A stretch of 64,000 bases of DNA, taken from Eledone cirrhosa. Lineage: Eukaryota. A model generated the notes under the pieces. The model did not search any database, had not been told where the DNA came from, and worked only from the letters and a program-made list of their open reading frames with translations. The position numbers were made by a program, and so were the translations under genes. The stretch is taken from the NCBI GenBank assembly GCA_964016885.1, contig OZ024747.1:7812001-7876000 (forward strand), read 5' to 3'. Below, one piece after another: positions 1-21,831 of this stretch. The first letter of the stretch is position 1. Every line of letters starts with the position of its first letter.

Positions 1-1079
1 GTAGGCTTGTATGCCTTGTTTTTTGGTTAGGTATGTGCTGGTGTAATTATGTATGATTGTGAGTGGTTAATGTGTTGTATTTGTCTCTGTGTGGTTGTGG
101 TTGTGTACATACGTCTGTGCATGGTTTTGGGAGGCTCGTAATTTTTGGTAGACATTTTTGTTAAGACTAACTTCTCACCAGATTTCCTAAATTGTTAGGT
201 GGTCAATGATTTGCTGATCAAATATTGACCATTTTTAGTCACGGTTATGTTGCTTTTATATTATGTGGAACAAGTACTTAAAATGCTCCCTATTTTAAGG
301 GAGGCAAGGAATGAGATAAATTTAAAGTTGGTTGTTGTGTGGACCTAGTCTTTTTTTTTTTGTTTTTGTTTTTTTGTAGGCATACTGTGTCTAGGACTAG
401 ATTATCCAATATGACCTATTTATTTTAAAGAGGTGGGATGTAGTTTATGGGAAATTTAGCTGCTACTTCTAGCAGGTCAAACAAAAGTAGAAATAACCTT
501 GGTCTTGCTTTCTCATAGTTAGGTGTTTATGTGTAGGAGGTGAATCTAGATAGGTTCTGTTACTCCTGGAATATATTTAGTGCCAGCCAGAATTTTAAAT
601 GGAGCTAGTTATTGCATTGTGACTATTATGTAAAATAATTGTAAGTTTCAATAGCTGTTATGCCTCTCTTTCCCTTCCCCACTCTCAATTTAGAAAGGCA
701 CAGTTAACTTTGGAAATGATTAGGAGTTTGAGAAGCATTTGGTAGTTTAACTAATTTTCTCATTAAGTGTTTGGAGCATAACTTGACAGGTTCTTGCTTA
801 GAATTGTGATGGAGGGTTTTTGGATAGATGTAGACACTTTAAAACAAAGTTTTGTATTTTGGAACCAGTGACAGTTTGAAGCAGTTTGGAATCAAGAGTT
901 ATTCTATTAACAATGGAAGGATCAAAGCTAAGTTAACTCGGGTAGAATTTGAGCTCAGATATCTAAAGCTGGAACAATGTGATTGAAGTGCCTTGCTCAA
1001 GGTTATATCGCAATAGTCCAGGGATTGAACCCACAATCTTACAATCATGTGTGGGTGTCTGTGTGTATACAACAACCCT

Positions 1080-1330
1080 TCTAATGCTGGTGTCGCACAA
1101 AATGCACCTGGTATAACCTTTAAGGTGATTGGTAACATGATAAAATGCACCTAGTACACTCTGTAAAGCGGTTGGTGATAGGAAGGGCATCCAGCCACAG
1201 AAAACTTGCCAAACAAAGGATTAAGAGGATTCTTCAGTTGTCAAAGACACGACCACCTCTAGTGCTGGTGCCATAAAATGCACCCATCCAACCCTTGCTA
1301 GCAGGGAAAATGGACATTAAATGATGATGC
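1080..1330 (+). mobile_element. short retroelement sharing the RTE-type (ATG)n tail
   Basis: CACTCTGTAAAGCGGTTGGTGATAGGAAGGGCATCCAGC...CCAACCCTTGCTAGCAGGGAAAATGGACATTAAATGATGATG; related minus-strand copies at ~53320-53660 and ~62817-63010. Confidence 0.6.
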
Positions 1331-1998
1331 TGCTGTATGAAGCACTGAGTGTTGTATTTTTTAATATGACAAAGTATGTAAATATAACAGCTAAACATCA
1401 AATGTAATTGGCTTATTAGTCAGATTTTAGTGTGGTAGTGTAGTCTGTGAATGGATGAGAAATTCTGGGATGAATACTAGAATGCAAAGGTGCAGTAAGT
1501 TGCCTGTACAATGTGTGAGCGTGTGTGTGTGTGTGTATGTTGGAGCTAGATCAATGAAGACTTGAAATAAATAAGCCGGCTTTGGTGTTGAAAACATTGG
1601 CTTTTACTGACGAATTTACACAGGATCAATAAGTATGCAGAAATAACGTGTCACAGATCTTTCCAGCCAAGAGTGGTAAGAGGAGAAAATGGTCTCTTTT
1701 GCTGGCTTGTTCCCCCTCTGTTTTTCTCTCTCTCTCTTTCTCTCTCTCATGGAGAGCTAAGTACATCTCTGTAATGTAAGTTATTTGCTGAAGTTGGTGG
1801 TGATTGTGTTTGTTGGTTAAAAAGTCTATGAAAGAAGACCTGGCATGAAGGCAGTAGTTAGGTAAGATGAGAATCAAGACACAAGGGTGAGAAATGCAGT
1901 TTGATTTGTTGCAGGCTTGCCAATGTCAGAAATCATACATCACAATATTCTGCTTCTTCCAACTTATCTTCTTCATACATGTGTTTGAGTGTTGCATT

Positions 1999-2248
1999 TT
2001 AACTCTTTCATTACCATATTTCTAATGAAAGACACTGCTTATGATTTTCAAATCATTTTGAAAATATGAAGAATTTGGAGGGATTTAATAGGTGACTTTC
2101 TCATCATTAAGCTGGTGTTTGGAGCATATCTTAAAGGTCCTTACATAAAACTATGATGGAAGGTTTATATATATAAACACATTAAAAACATTTGTATTGC
2201 TGAACTAAGTGGTGGTTTAAGCCAGTAGTTTAGCATTAAAGGGGTTAA
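1999..2248. mobile_element. TTAA-flanked (piggyBac-type) MITE
   Basis: TTAA CTCTTT...AAAGGGG TTAA ends; related copies at ~670-901, 38467-38672 and ~40251-40501. Confidence 0.65.
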
Positions 2249-3117
2249 ACTATGAAATAAATATCTAAGACATAATCAAAATTAACAAAATGAAACATTT
2301 ATGAAATGTCCTGTTATTATTGTTAATATTATGAACCTAGGTGGATTGGCAGAGTTGGTAGAGCATCAGACAAATGCTTAGCAGTATTTGTTCTGCTTCT
2401 TTACTTTGAGTTCAAATCCTGTGAAGGTCAACTTTGCTTTTCATCCTTCTGGGTTCAATAATATAAAGCCCCTGTCAAATACTGGGGATGATGTAATTGG
2501 CTTTTCTCTCTCCCAAATTGCTGGCTTCATGACTAAATTAGAAACCATTATTAACAGTGGATGGAAGAATTGGTAGTGTCAGACAGACAAAATACTTTGT
2601 TCTATTTGTTTATATCCTGTTATGTTCTGATTCAAAACCCATTGAAGTTGGCGTTGCCTTTCATCTCTTTTAGGGGTCGATAAAATAATTATCAGTTGAT
2701 AAAAGTTGCTGGAGTTCTTATATTAATTGTCTAATATGGTCAAGGTTCCTGTACTCCAACATAGCCATAGTTCAGTGCCTGAAACCAGTAAAATAGTGAC
2801 ATATGTCTGGATTGTTAGACAAAACTAGAGTTACAGTAAAAACAATGGTGATTGTGATTTGGTCTTGCAGGATTGAAACTTAGTTTTTCTCAACCTCTGC
2901 ATTCTAATCCCTTCCTTCCTTCCTACATCCAGCTTATAGTGGTTAGCCTTCTCATATAAACATGCTTCAGTTGTTGCTTTGGAATGTTGACATTTGGATT
3001 AACAAGAACAATAACACATACCTCCACTGTGTGTTTGTATGTATGTATATATATATATATATGTGTATGTGTGTGTGTGTCTCCTCCCTCTCTGCATATA
3101 TCTATTTTATGTGTATG

Positions 3118-3175
<58 letters not shown>

Positions 3176-3807
3176 CTGTAAGGGGGTGTGCCTATGTTTT
3201 TTGCAGGCCCTCCAAGACCAGGTTGCATGTTAGTAAGAGGTGGTGTTTAGGCTGGAATGGAATGTATATGTTTGTATAGATCTGCATACATGTTTGTGTG
3301 TGTATACATCTAGATACATGTATGTTTGTGTGTGTATATACATGTATGTTTGCTTGTGTATACATGTATGTTTGGTTGTGTATACATGTGGGTATACTAG
3401 TAGTGTACCCAGCATTGCCCAAACTGAAAGTAATTATAAACAGACCAGAATTGTTCTTATTGGAGGCATATTCTCAACATGGCAAGCCCCATGTTCCCTG
3501 TTAGTTTTCTCTGGGCTTCAATTTTGGCAGTGTTGTCTTTGTTGTCATTGCTCATCTGTTTCTGCTATCTTAGGATGTATGGCAGTAGAAGTGTTTGTTT
3601 TGGATCCTCTTCCTGGAGCATTATTTATGGAAGCCTCATTAATAAAAGTGTTAAGGAACTTTCAGGAGAGCTGGACAGCTTACCACAAAAGATCGTCAGT
3701 AGAAGAGGTAGTAAAAAGTTGAGAAGAAAAACAAATGAATTCAGCACAATGGTGGTAGCAGAGGAGCAGGCATTAATTACATAGAAGAGCTAATGGGTAT
3801 ATGTAAT

Positions 3808-4230
3808 CGAGATCTTTGGTGGCACACAGTATTACAGAAGACCCGCCTTCCCTACGTGCAAAGTTAACCTACAGTTAGTAGGCCCCTCCAAACCAAACAC
3901 ACCCCAACCCACTACCCCACTCCATCCTCCCACTCCCGCCAACACCACCCTTTCTCTATAAAGTTATGTTGGTACCACAACATCCAGTCCAAACTGAGAT
4001 TGTGTAGGCGTCACAACAAAAAACAGTCCATGCTGTAATGTGGCCGTGTAGGTAACACGGTAAAAAGTTCCCAGTTCACACTGTAAATGTGGTTGGTGTT
4101 AGGAAGCGCATCCAGCCGTAGAAAACCTGCCAGTGAGACACGGTCACCCGACCAATCTTGCCTCAAGTGGAACAACTCCCGTCTAACCCATGCTAGCATG
4201 GAGGATAGACGGTAAACGATGGTGATGATG
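3808..4230 (+). mobile_element. 3' fragment of a second RTE family with (ATG)n tail
   Basis: Collinear with 39594-40030; contains GGTTGGTGTTAGGAAG(C/G)GCATCCAGCCGTAGAAAA and ends ACCCATGCTAGCATGG...GATGATG. Confidence 0.75.
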
Positions 4231-4589
4231 ATCATCACCATCATTGTTTAATGCCCATTTTCCACACTAGCATGGGTAGGACAAACTTTCTCAAATATAT
4301 AATGTATTCAGCACAATGGTGGTAGCAGAAGAGCAGGCATTAATTAAATAGAAGAGGTAATGGGTATATGTAAACACATCATCATTGTTTAATGTCCATT
4401 TTCCACGCTAGCATGTGTAGGACAAACTTTCTCAAATATATAATAGATATGTATTCATAGTAATTTATGTATGTAGTACATACACTCTTAGGTTAAGAAT
4501 TGCACCAGGCCTATATTATTTTGGTAGGTTAAATTAACTATACATATTTCTCCTAAAAGTTGTGCACTGTTGCCATTGTTAGAAATTAT

Positions 4590-5141
4590 CGTGTAGGACG
4601 GATCCAGCTATCAGCTGAGTCCATCGTGAGGATTGCCCTGCCCTCTTCCTTTAGCCGGGAAGGGCAAGCAGTTTTTATATGTCTGGTGGCCATGGCGAAA
4701 GAGATAGTATGGTGGACACGTTTGAAAGGGCTGAAGACGAGCACTTACCTCTTCGGTGATGCCCTGATTAACTATTTCAAATTTCATTTGAAAAGGAAAA
4801 TCTGGGTAGAGAGGGAAGTGCTCACTTCCCAGCATTTTGTTGAAAGATGGGTGAGAGAAGCAAGTATGGCCCGAGTGAATGGGCCTACTCTGAGTATGTG
4901 TCTGTAAATTAAAGGTGGAAAACTGGGAGAGGGCACTTGCCCTGGTGGTCAGGGTCACTGTGGTTTTTTAATGGGCTTTCTCCACAAATGTCCCCTATTG
5001 GCGAATTTTTCATTATTTTTCTTTTTACATCCTCTGTTTTTTTTTTTTTTTTTTACACGCAGAAATGCCCATTTGTACCCTCCTGTATTGTACTGTCTTT
5101 AATGTCTACTTTATGTAAACCTTTGTGGTTAATAAAGAAAG
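4590..5141 (+). mobile_element. 5'-truncated L1/Tx1-like LINE 3' fragment with 16-bp target-site duplication
   Basis: CATTGTTAGAAATTAT at 4574-4589 and 5142-5157; ORF end ...LVAMAKEIVWWTRLK...FKFHLKRKIWVEREVL...FVERW resembles an L1/Tx1 ORF2 C-terminus; AATAAA at 5131-5136. Family assignment is by resemblance only. Confidence 0.7.
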
Positions 5142-5194
5142 CATTGTTAGAAATTATTGTTAATATTATTATTATTATTAATAACCTGTTTCAG

Positions 5195-5332
5195 AGAATT
5201 GAAAATAACTGGAGGACGGGACAACACACACTACAGCGGATTCACTGTAGAAGTGAAACCAGTAAAGGGGTATATTGCCTTCAGTACGACGACCAAAAGA
5301 TCGTTAGTGGCTTAAGGGACAATACAATTAAG
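5195..5332 (+). CDS. BTRC: beta-TrCP/slimb internal exon (linker + WD40 repeat 1)
   Basis: ttcag|AGA...AAG|gtaagt, 138 nt, phase 0/0; encodes [46 protein letters not shown], the characteristic beta-TrCP sequence. Upstream D-domain/F-box exons are not in the window. Confidence 0.96.
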
Positions 5333-5624
5333 GTAAGTATTTGATTCAAACCTATCCCATTCCTCTCCCTTGACCACTTTTTTTTATAAAAAAGGAAATT
5401 TTGTTATATTTTGTTGTGTATTTACATAGTTTTGTAGCCATGTAGACTTGATAGTCAGATTTGGTGGGGTTCTTGACATTAATTAGGTGGGGTGATATTC
5501 AAGACATACACACACAAACACAACATAGATATGCAGCAAACACATGCACAAAAGATTTCCAAATTATTTCTAAAAATCACATATCTAGCATGACTACTAC
5601 TACTACTACTATTCATAATGTTTT

Positions 5625-5828
5625 GCACTAGCACAAGGCCACTTTTGTTGGCAGGATATAGTTAAGTAAATCAACAACAATAATTGACTGGTATTTTGTT
5701 GAGACCCCAAAAAGATGAAAGGATAAATGGGCTATGGCAGGTTTCAAACTTGGAACCCAAAGAAATGTAACTAAGTATTGCAAGGCATTTTGTCAGTTAT
5801 TCTATTGATTCTGAAAATCTACTGCCTC
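5625..5828 (-). mobile_element. antisense copy of the same tRNA-derived SINE family
   Basis: CACAAGGCC...ACTGGTATTTTGTTGAGACCCCAAAAAGATGAAAGG is the reverse complement of the family core. Confidence 0.65.
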
Positions 5829-6028
5829 TTATTCTACCATAATGAATTGTATAGTTGATGTTGGCGTCCCAGGCCTGTTAGATATTATACACTTAATCTC
5901 TTGAGGGCTGTGTGATGTCAATAAAATAAAGTACCAGTCAAGTACTGAGATCAATATAATCGACTCTCTTCCCCCAACAAATGTTTGGCTTTGTGCCTCT
6001 GCTAAAAATTATTACTGGTGTGAGAGCA

Positions 6029-6200
6029 ATGTGGCCTAGTGGTTAAGGTGTTGGGTTAATGATTGTAAGGTCATAGTTTCAATTCCCAGACCAGTAGTGT
6101 GTGTCCTTGAATGAGGCACTTCGTTTCATGTCCACACAACTGGAAAAATGAGAAGTAGCAGCGTTGGACTAGTATCCTGTCCAGGCAGGTTTTGTATTGT
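6029..6200 (+). mobile_element. tRNA-derived SINE of another family
   Basis: GTGGCCTAGTGGTTAAGG (A box)...TTCAATTCC (B box)...GTGTCCTTGAATGAGGCACTT; related antisense heads at ~980-1050 and ~37500-37560. Confidence 0.6.
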
Positions 6201-6447
6201 TACTTAATGCCACATGAAACTAGGATAAGCCTTAGCCTTCGTTCCAGAGATCCATTTATAGTTATTTTTATTATTTCACTTTTTTTTTCCTGTATCATTT
6301 TTTTTTTTTTTTTTCAAAGTTCAAAATTGTTTTGTTTTATAGATAGAAATGTTGTTACTCTTGAATATTATATTTATCATTATTATATTATCATTATTAT
6401 TATTATTATTATTATTATATTATGATTATTATTATTATTCCTTTATA

Positions 6448-6797
6448 TGGTGGATTGGCAGTATCAGTAGAGTCGGACGCCATGCTTTGCAGCAAAGAGT
6501 TACGGCCCTTTATGGTCTGAGTTCAAATCCCGCCAAGGTTAACTTTGCCTTTCATCCTTACGGGGTTGATAAAATAAAGTACCAGTAATGTACTGGGTAA
6601 TTTGCTGGCCTTGTGCCTAAAGTAGAAACAATTATTATTATTCCTTTATATTCCGAGTTCAAATCCTATCTAGGTTAGCTTTGCCTTTCATCCTTACGGG
6701 GTCGATAAAATAAAGCACCAGTAATGCACTGGGGTCGATTTAATCGACTTCCCCCTCCCCCAAAATTGCTGGCCTTGTTCATAAGTCAGAAACCATT
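6448..6797 (+). mobile_element. two head-to-tail tRNA-derived SINE copies with (ATT)n tails
   Basis: A-box-like TGGCAGTATCAGTAGAG, B-box GAGTTCAAATCC, central GCCTTTCATCCTTACGGGGTCGATAAAATAAAGTACCAG, tail GGCCTTGTGCCTAAAGTAGAAACAATTATT. Older copies at ~2340-2700, 6830-7010, 7330-7670, 35720-36230 and 38085-38220. Confidence 0.8.
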
Positions 6798-7783
6798 GTA
6801 AATATTATATTAGTTAAGAGTAAGGACACTAGGGTGGTTGAAACATTACAAGGCATTTTGTTCTGCACTGCTGGAGTCGGGTCAACTTAACCTTCCATTT
6901 CTGCAGCAAGTTTGCTAAAATATCGTAACAAAAAACTGTGTTGGTTATATTTGACTGTATCCCTACCTCAAACATGTATGGACTTATGCTTAACTTAGAA
7001 ATCATATATTATTAAGATGTTAGTGAATGACAGAGTTGATGGACAGTCATCAAGGGAGCCTCTATGTGGTCGCTTCACCTGCTAGAAATATCAGTTAAAT
7101 CTCTATCAAATACACCCCACTGTCTTAAAAAGAGCTGGCATGATCATGGCTAGAATGTATTTGATCATAGCTTGACATGATCAGAGATAGTCTGGGGTCA
7201 AGCAACATTTCTTTATAATCTGAAGTCAATTTTACCATTTCATTCTTCTAGGGCTGATCCCATAAGCCCCCCCCCCCCCATACAACCTTGCCCAATGTTA
7301 CACATTTTTATTTAGTCTGTTTTAAGTTAAATTCCATTGAACTTTGTCTTTTTCTTTCATCCCTCTAGGGTTGAAAAAATAAGTACCAGCTGTGTATTAG
7401 TTCTGATTCAAATCTACTATATTCCTTCCACGTAGATTTGTCATCTACTTTTAATGTAAAAAATGATTATTATGGTCTTAAGTTGGCAAAGGAACAGAAG
7501 TACTAGTCTTGAGATTTTTTAATTTAGTTTTGTACCTAATTCTAGAGTTCAAATCCCAGTAGGGTAGTTTTTGTTTTATATATTTCTTATGGTTTGATGA
7601 AATATTTTCAAGTCATATTTTATGATTGTCAAAAATGGATTTGTGCTAAGTGAAAGTAAATCTATTACCATAGTTTAGTAGTAATATTCTCTGAATAAAT
7701 ACAAATTTTAATATTATATATCATCATCATTATGTATATATGTATCTGTGTGTGTGTGTGTGTGTATATATCTATCTATATGC

Positions 7784-7818
<35 letters not shown>

Positions 7819-8185
7819 GGTATATACATGTGTATGTATATATATATATATATATATATGCATATACATACATACATATACATATATGTGTATCTAATGG
7901 AACAAACCCTAACAAAAAATAATCTAGAAAAAGAGAAAAAGCAAGGTTTTTCAAGATAGCTTCTGAAATTTCCAAAATTTTAAAATAAATTATTTGAGAA
8001 AAAATATGTTCCTCAATATGATTCAAATAAAAAAAATAAAAAAATCACAAATTCCTAAATTCTCTTAGATTTCAATGTCTCAAAAAAAGAAAACCATTTT
8101 TATTTTTAGATTTACCAATATCCATGTAAGGAAGATTCGAATATTAAGGTTAGACCACTTTCGCTTGTAGTCTTGCTCCTCTGTT

Positions 8186-17729
<9,544 letters not shown>

Positions 17730-18309
17730 ACATGTATCCCAGTACAACCTGTCCCATGGTCGGGTCGTTGGCGACTAAACTGGCAACCCCACCAAGGTTT
17801 CTTGGTGAGGAGGGTGACTTTGGACATCCTGCAGGACTAAAAACAAAACCTGTCAAAGGGCAAAGGAGCTCTTAAGAGTCAATGGCCATCCAAAATCACC
17901 GGGAGAGATGACCCCTTAGCCTTTGTCAAGGCAGAATTCTAGGAGAAGGAAAACTCTGATATAACACCTGCAACCCTGATGGTATCCAATGATGTTGACT
18001 TGTTCTTCTTTTTGGTAAATATCATCTTGGTTAAGAGAGTGGGACTGGCTTTGTGCAGTGCCTTTGCTCACTATAAAAGCTTCACGGCACAGGCATTGCT
18101 TAATATCTGGAGATCTCTCTGCACTTGTCGTCACATGGTACCATGGGCCCAGCACTATGTGTCAGTAATTGTCACAAGTGTAGTGTTTGTACCAGAGTTT
18201 TCAAGTCGCTGGCTGGACTAAAAAGTCACACTCGTTCAGCGCATCGGTAGGGGTTCTCCTACATGGATATAAAGTAGTGGCCGTACTCGAAAACGAGTTG
18301 GCAGCCACC
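17730..18309 (+). mobile_element. non-autonomous bipartite RTE derivative (5'UTR + last zinc finger + 3' end)
   Basis: 17895-18099 aligns to LINE 21545-21767; 18179-18250 encodes [23 protein letters not shown], similar to the LINE's last finger; 18277-18309 matches the LINE 3' terminus; flanked by (TA/TG)n on both sides. Confidence 0.88.
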
Positions 18310-18355
<46 letters not shown>

Positions 18356-18918
18356 GTGTATGTATGTATATATGTGTATATATATGTATGTATATATGTG
18401 TATATGTATATATATGTATATATATATATATTTGTGTATGTATGTATATATATATATGTATGTATGTATATATGTGTATATATATATATATTTGTGTATG
18501 TATGTATATATGTGTGTGTATATATATATATATATGTGTATGTATGTATATATGTGTATATGTATATGTATGTATGTGTATGTATGTATGTATGTATGTA
18601 TGTATGTGTATGTATGTATGTATGTATGTATATATATATGTATGTATGTATATGTGTATATATATATGTGTATATATATATGTATATGTGTATATATATA
18701 TGTGTATATATATATGTATATGTGTATATGTATATGTGTATATATATATGTGTATATATATATGTGTATATGTATATGTGCATATATATATATGTGTATA
18801 TATATATATATGTATATGTATGTGTATATATGTATGTGTATATATGTATGTGTATATATGTATGTGTATATATATATGTGTATATATATGTATGTATATA
18901 TATATATATATATGTATG

Positions 18919-18949
<31 letters not shown>

Positions 18950-18957
18950 ATATATAT

Positions 18958-19292
18958 AACTTTGAATAACTTTGAAATGTTTTGGCCAGTATTGGCCCAG
19001 GCCATGTCTAACTTAATAGCACCACCTGGCGAAGTCTTTCAATTCAGGATTTGGGCACCATGGCCCATTCGAGAAGAGAATTACTGTTTGCGGAGACATA
19101 TCCGGGTGTGGGTGGTTTGTCCGGGATTACTTGGAGGAATTTGTCCAAAGACTTCTTGAATTTTGTGTGGTCAGTTTCTGTTTTGACGTGTCCTGGTGTG
19201 ATGTTGAAGAGAGCAGGGCCGATTGAGGTGAAATAATTGTGCCGTATTGTTGTTATGAGTTGCGATTTAGATTTTTGAATGGGACGGATAGC
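18958..19292 (-). mobile_element. 5'-truncated CR1/L2-group LINE 3' end
   Basis: Minus strand encodes ...[23 protein letters not shown]...[32 protein letters not shown]...*, typical of a CR1-group ORF2 C-terminus; short 3'UTR ends in two TTCAAAGTTA repeats then (TA)n. Confidence 0.75.
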
Positions 19293-19499
19293 ATATACAT
19301 ACATATATACATACATATACATACATATAGCATATACATACATATATACATACATATACATACATACATATAGCATATACATACATATATACATACATAT
19401 ACATACATATATATACATACATATACATACATATATATGTATATATATGTATGTATATGTATGTATATATATGTATGTATATGTATGTATATATGTATG

Positions 19500-19530
<31 letters not shown>

Positions 19531-19720
19531 ATGTATGTATATATATGTATATGTATGTATATATATGTATATGTATGTATATATATATATATGTATGTAT
19601 ATATATATATATATATGTATGTATAGGTATGTATATATATATGTATGTATATATATATATATGTGTATGTATATATATATATATGTGTGTATGTATATAT
19701 ATATATATGTATGTATATAT

Positions 19721-19751
<31 letters not shown>

Positions 19752-19877
19752 TGTATATATATATATATATATAATTATGTATGTATATGTATGTATGTAT
19801 ATGTATGTATATATATATATGTATGTATATATATATGTATATATATATATATTTATGTATATATATATGTATTTATG

Positions 19878-19912
<35 letters not shown>

Positions 19913-19969
19913 TTATGTATATATGTATATGTATATATATATGTATATATATATATATGTATATATATG

Positions 19970-20146
<177 letters not shown>

Positions 20147-20407
20147 GTATATATGTATATGTATATATATATATGTATATGTATATATATATATGTATAT
20201 GTATATATATATATATGTATGTATATGTATATATATATATATGTATGTATATGTATATATATGTATATGTATATATATGTATATGTATATATATATATAT
20301 GTATATATATGTATATGTATATATATATATATGTATGTATATGTATATATATGTATATGTATATATATGTATATGTATATATATATATATGTATATATAT
20401 GTATATG

Positions 20408-20438
<31 letters not shown>

Positions 20439-20552
20439 GTATATATATATGTATATATATATATATGTATATATATATGTATATATATATATATGTATAT
20501 ATATATGTATATATATATATATGTATATATATATGTATATATATATATATGT

Positions 20553-20584
<32 letters not shown>

Positions 20585-21493
20585 GTCCACACCACCACAA
20601 TAACGTCTACACTCTCTCCCCACCATCACATGTCATTACCATACCATACCCTATCGAGACTAAAGTCATCGACCTGTTGTCAAACTCTCTACTCTCTGAT
20701 GAATGTATATATATATATGTGTGTGTATGTATATGTGTGTATATACATCACTCAGTCAAACAACCAGATTTCAACCCCAACATCTACAACAACAACAACA
20801 CCGGCCCTAATGTTTACAGCAACAACAGCTTCAGAATGAACTGAAATGAACATTTACAACAATTACAACAACAACAACAACAGCGGCATCAAAACATAAA
20901 AAAAGGAAGGGAAAAGAAAAAAGAAAAGGGAAGGGGGAAAAAAAAAAAAAAAAAGGAGAAAAAAAAGAAAGGAAAAAAAAAAAAAAAAAAACTCAAAATA
21001 ACAAAACACACACACACACACACACACACAACAGAACAACAACATCAACTGCCACCACCACCACCACCGCCACCGCCGTCGCCATCACCATCACCAGCGA
21101 CCTGGCCTTAAGAACAACTTTAATAATAATTTTTCTGCTTTTGGCACGGATCCAGCGACTGGCCAGCGCATCACTGGTACTCTCTTTTGTTGACTCCGTG
21201 GAGAGCCATAACTCTATGCTGTAAAGCAATTATAGTAATACTGGACTGTAATACGATCGGCTTCAACTATACAAACTCTTGAAAGTCAACAGTTGACATA
21301 ATCTGGTAATCTTGTATCAGTAATGACGGTAATATATATATATATATGTGTGTGTGTGCGTGTGAGTAGAGTAGCGTGTGTGTGTGTTTGTTGTGTGTGT
21401 GAGTGTTGCTGTGTGCACGCATATGTATGCGTGTGTGTGTATGTCGTACGTATAAGTGTCAATAAGTAATTTTTTTTTTTTTTTTTTTTTTTT

Positions 21494-21796
21494 GCGCGGG
21501 GACATAGAAATAATCGGGCTGGATGCCCGATCGCGCAGTTAAACCACTGGGAGTGAAGAACCCCTAGCCCATGTCAGGGTATTCTTCTAGGAGAAGGCAT
21601 CTCAGGAAACTGGGTTAACTCCGATATAAAACCTGCGGCTCAGTAGTTACCGATGATGTTGATCTTTTCTTCTTTTCGGGTTATAGCTACTGTCGCTCAG
21701 AGAGTGGGATTGGTTCAGTGCACAGTCTTTCCTCACTTTAAAAATATTCGTCACGCACAGGCATTGCACGAGTGCATTAATAATTATTAATAGTGT

Positions 21797-21831
<35 letters not shown>

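Noticed and set aside
20695-20765. Hammerhead ribozyme (CTGATGA core)
   Set aside because: No GAAA after a stem II and no closing stems or cleavage triplet.
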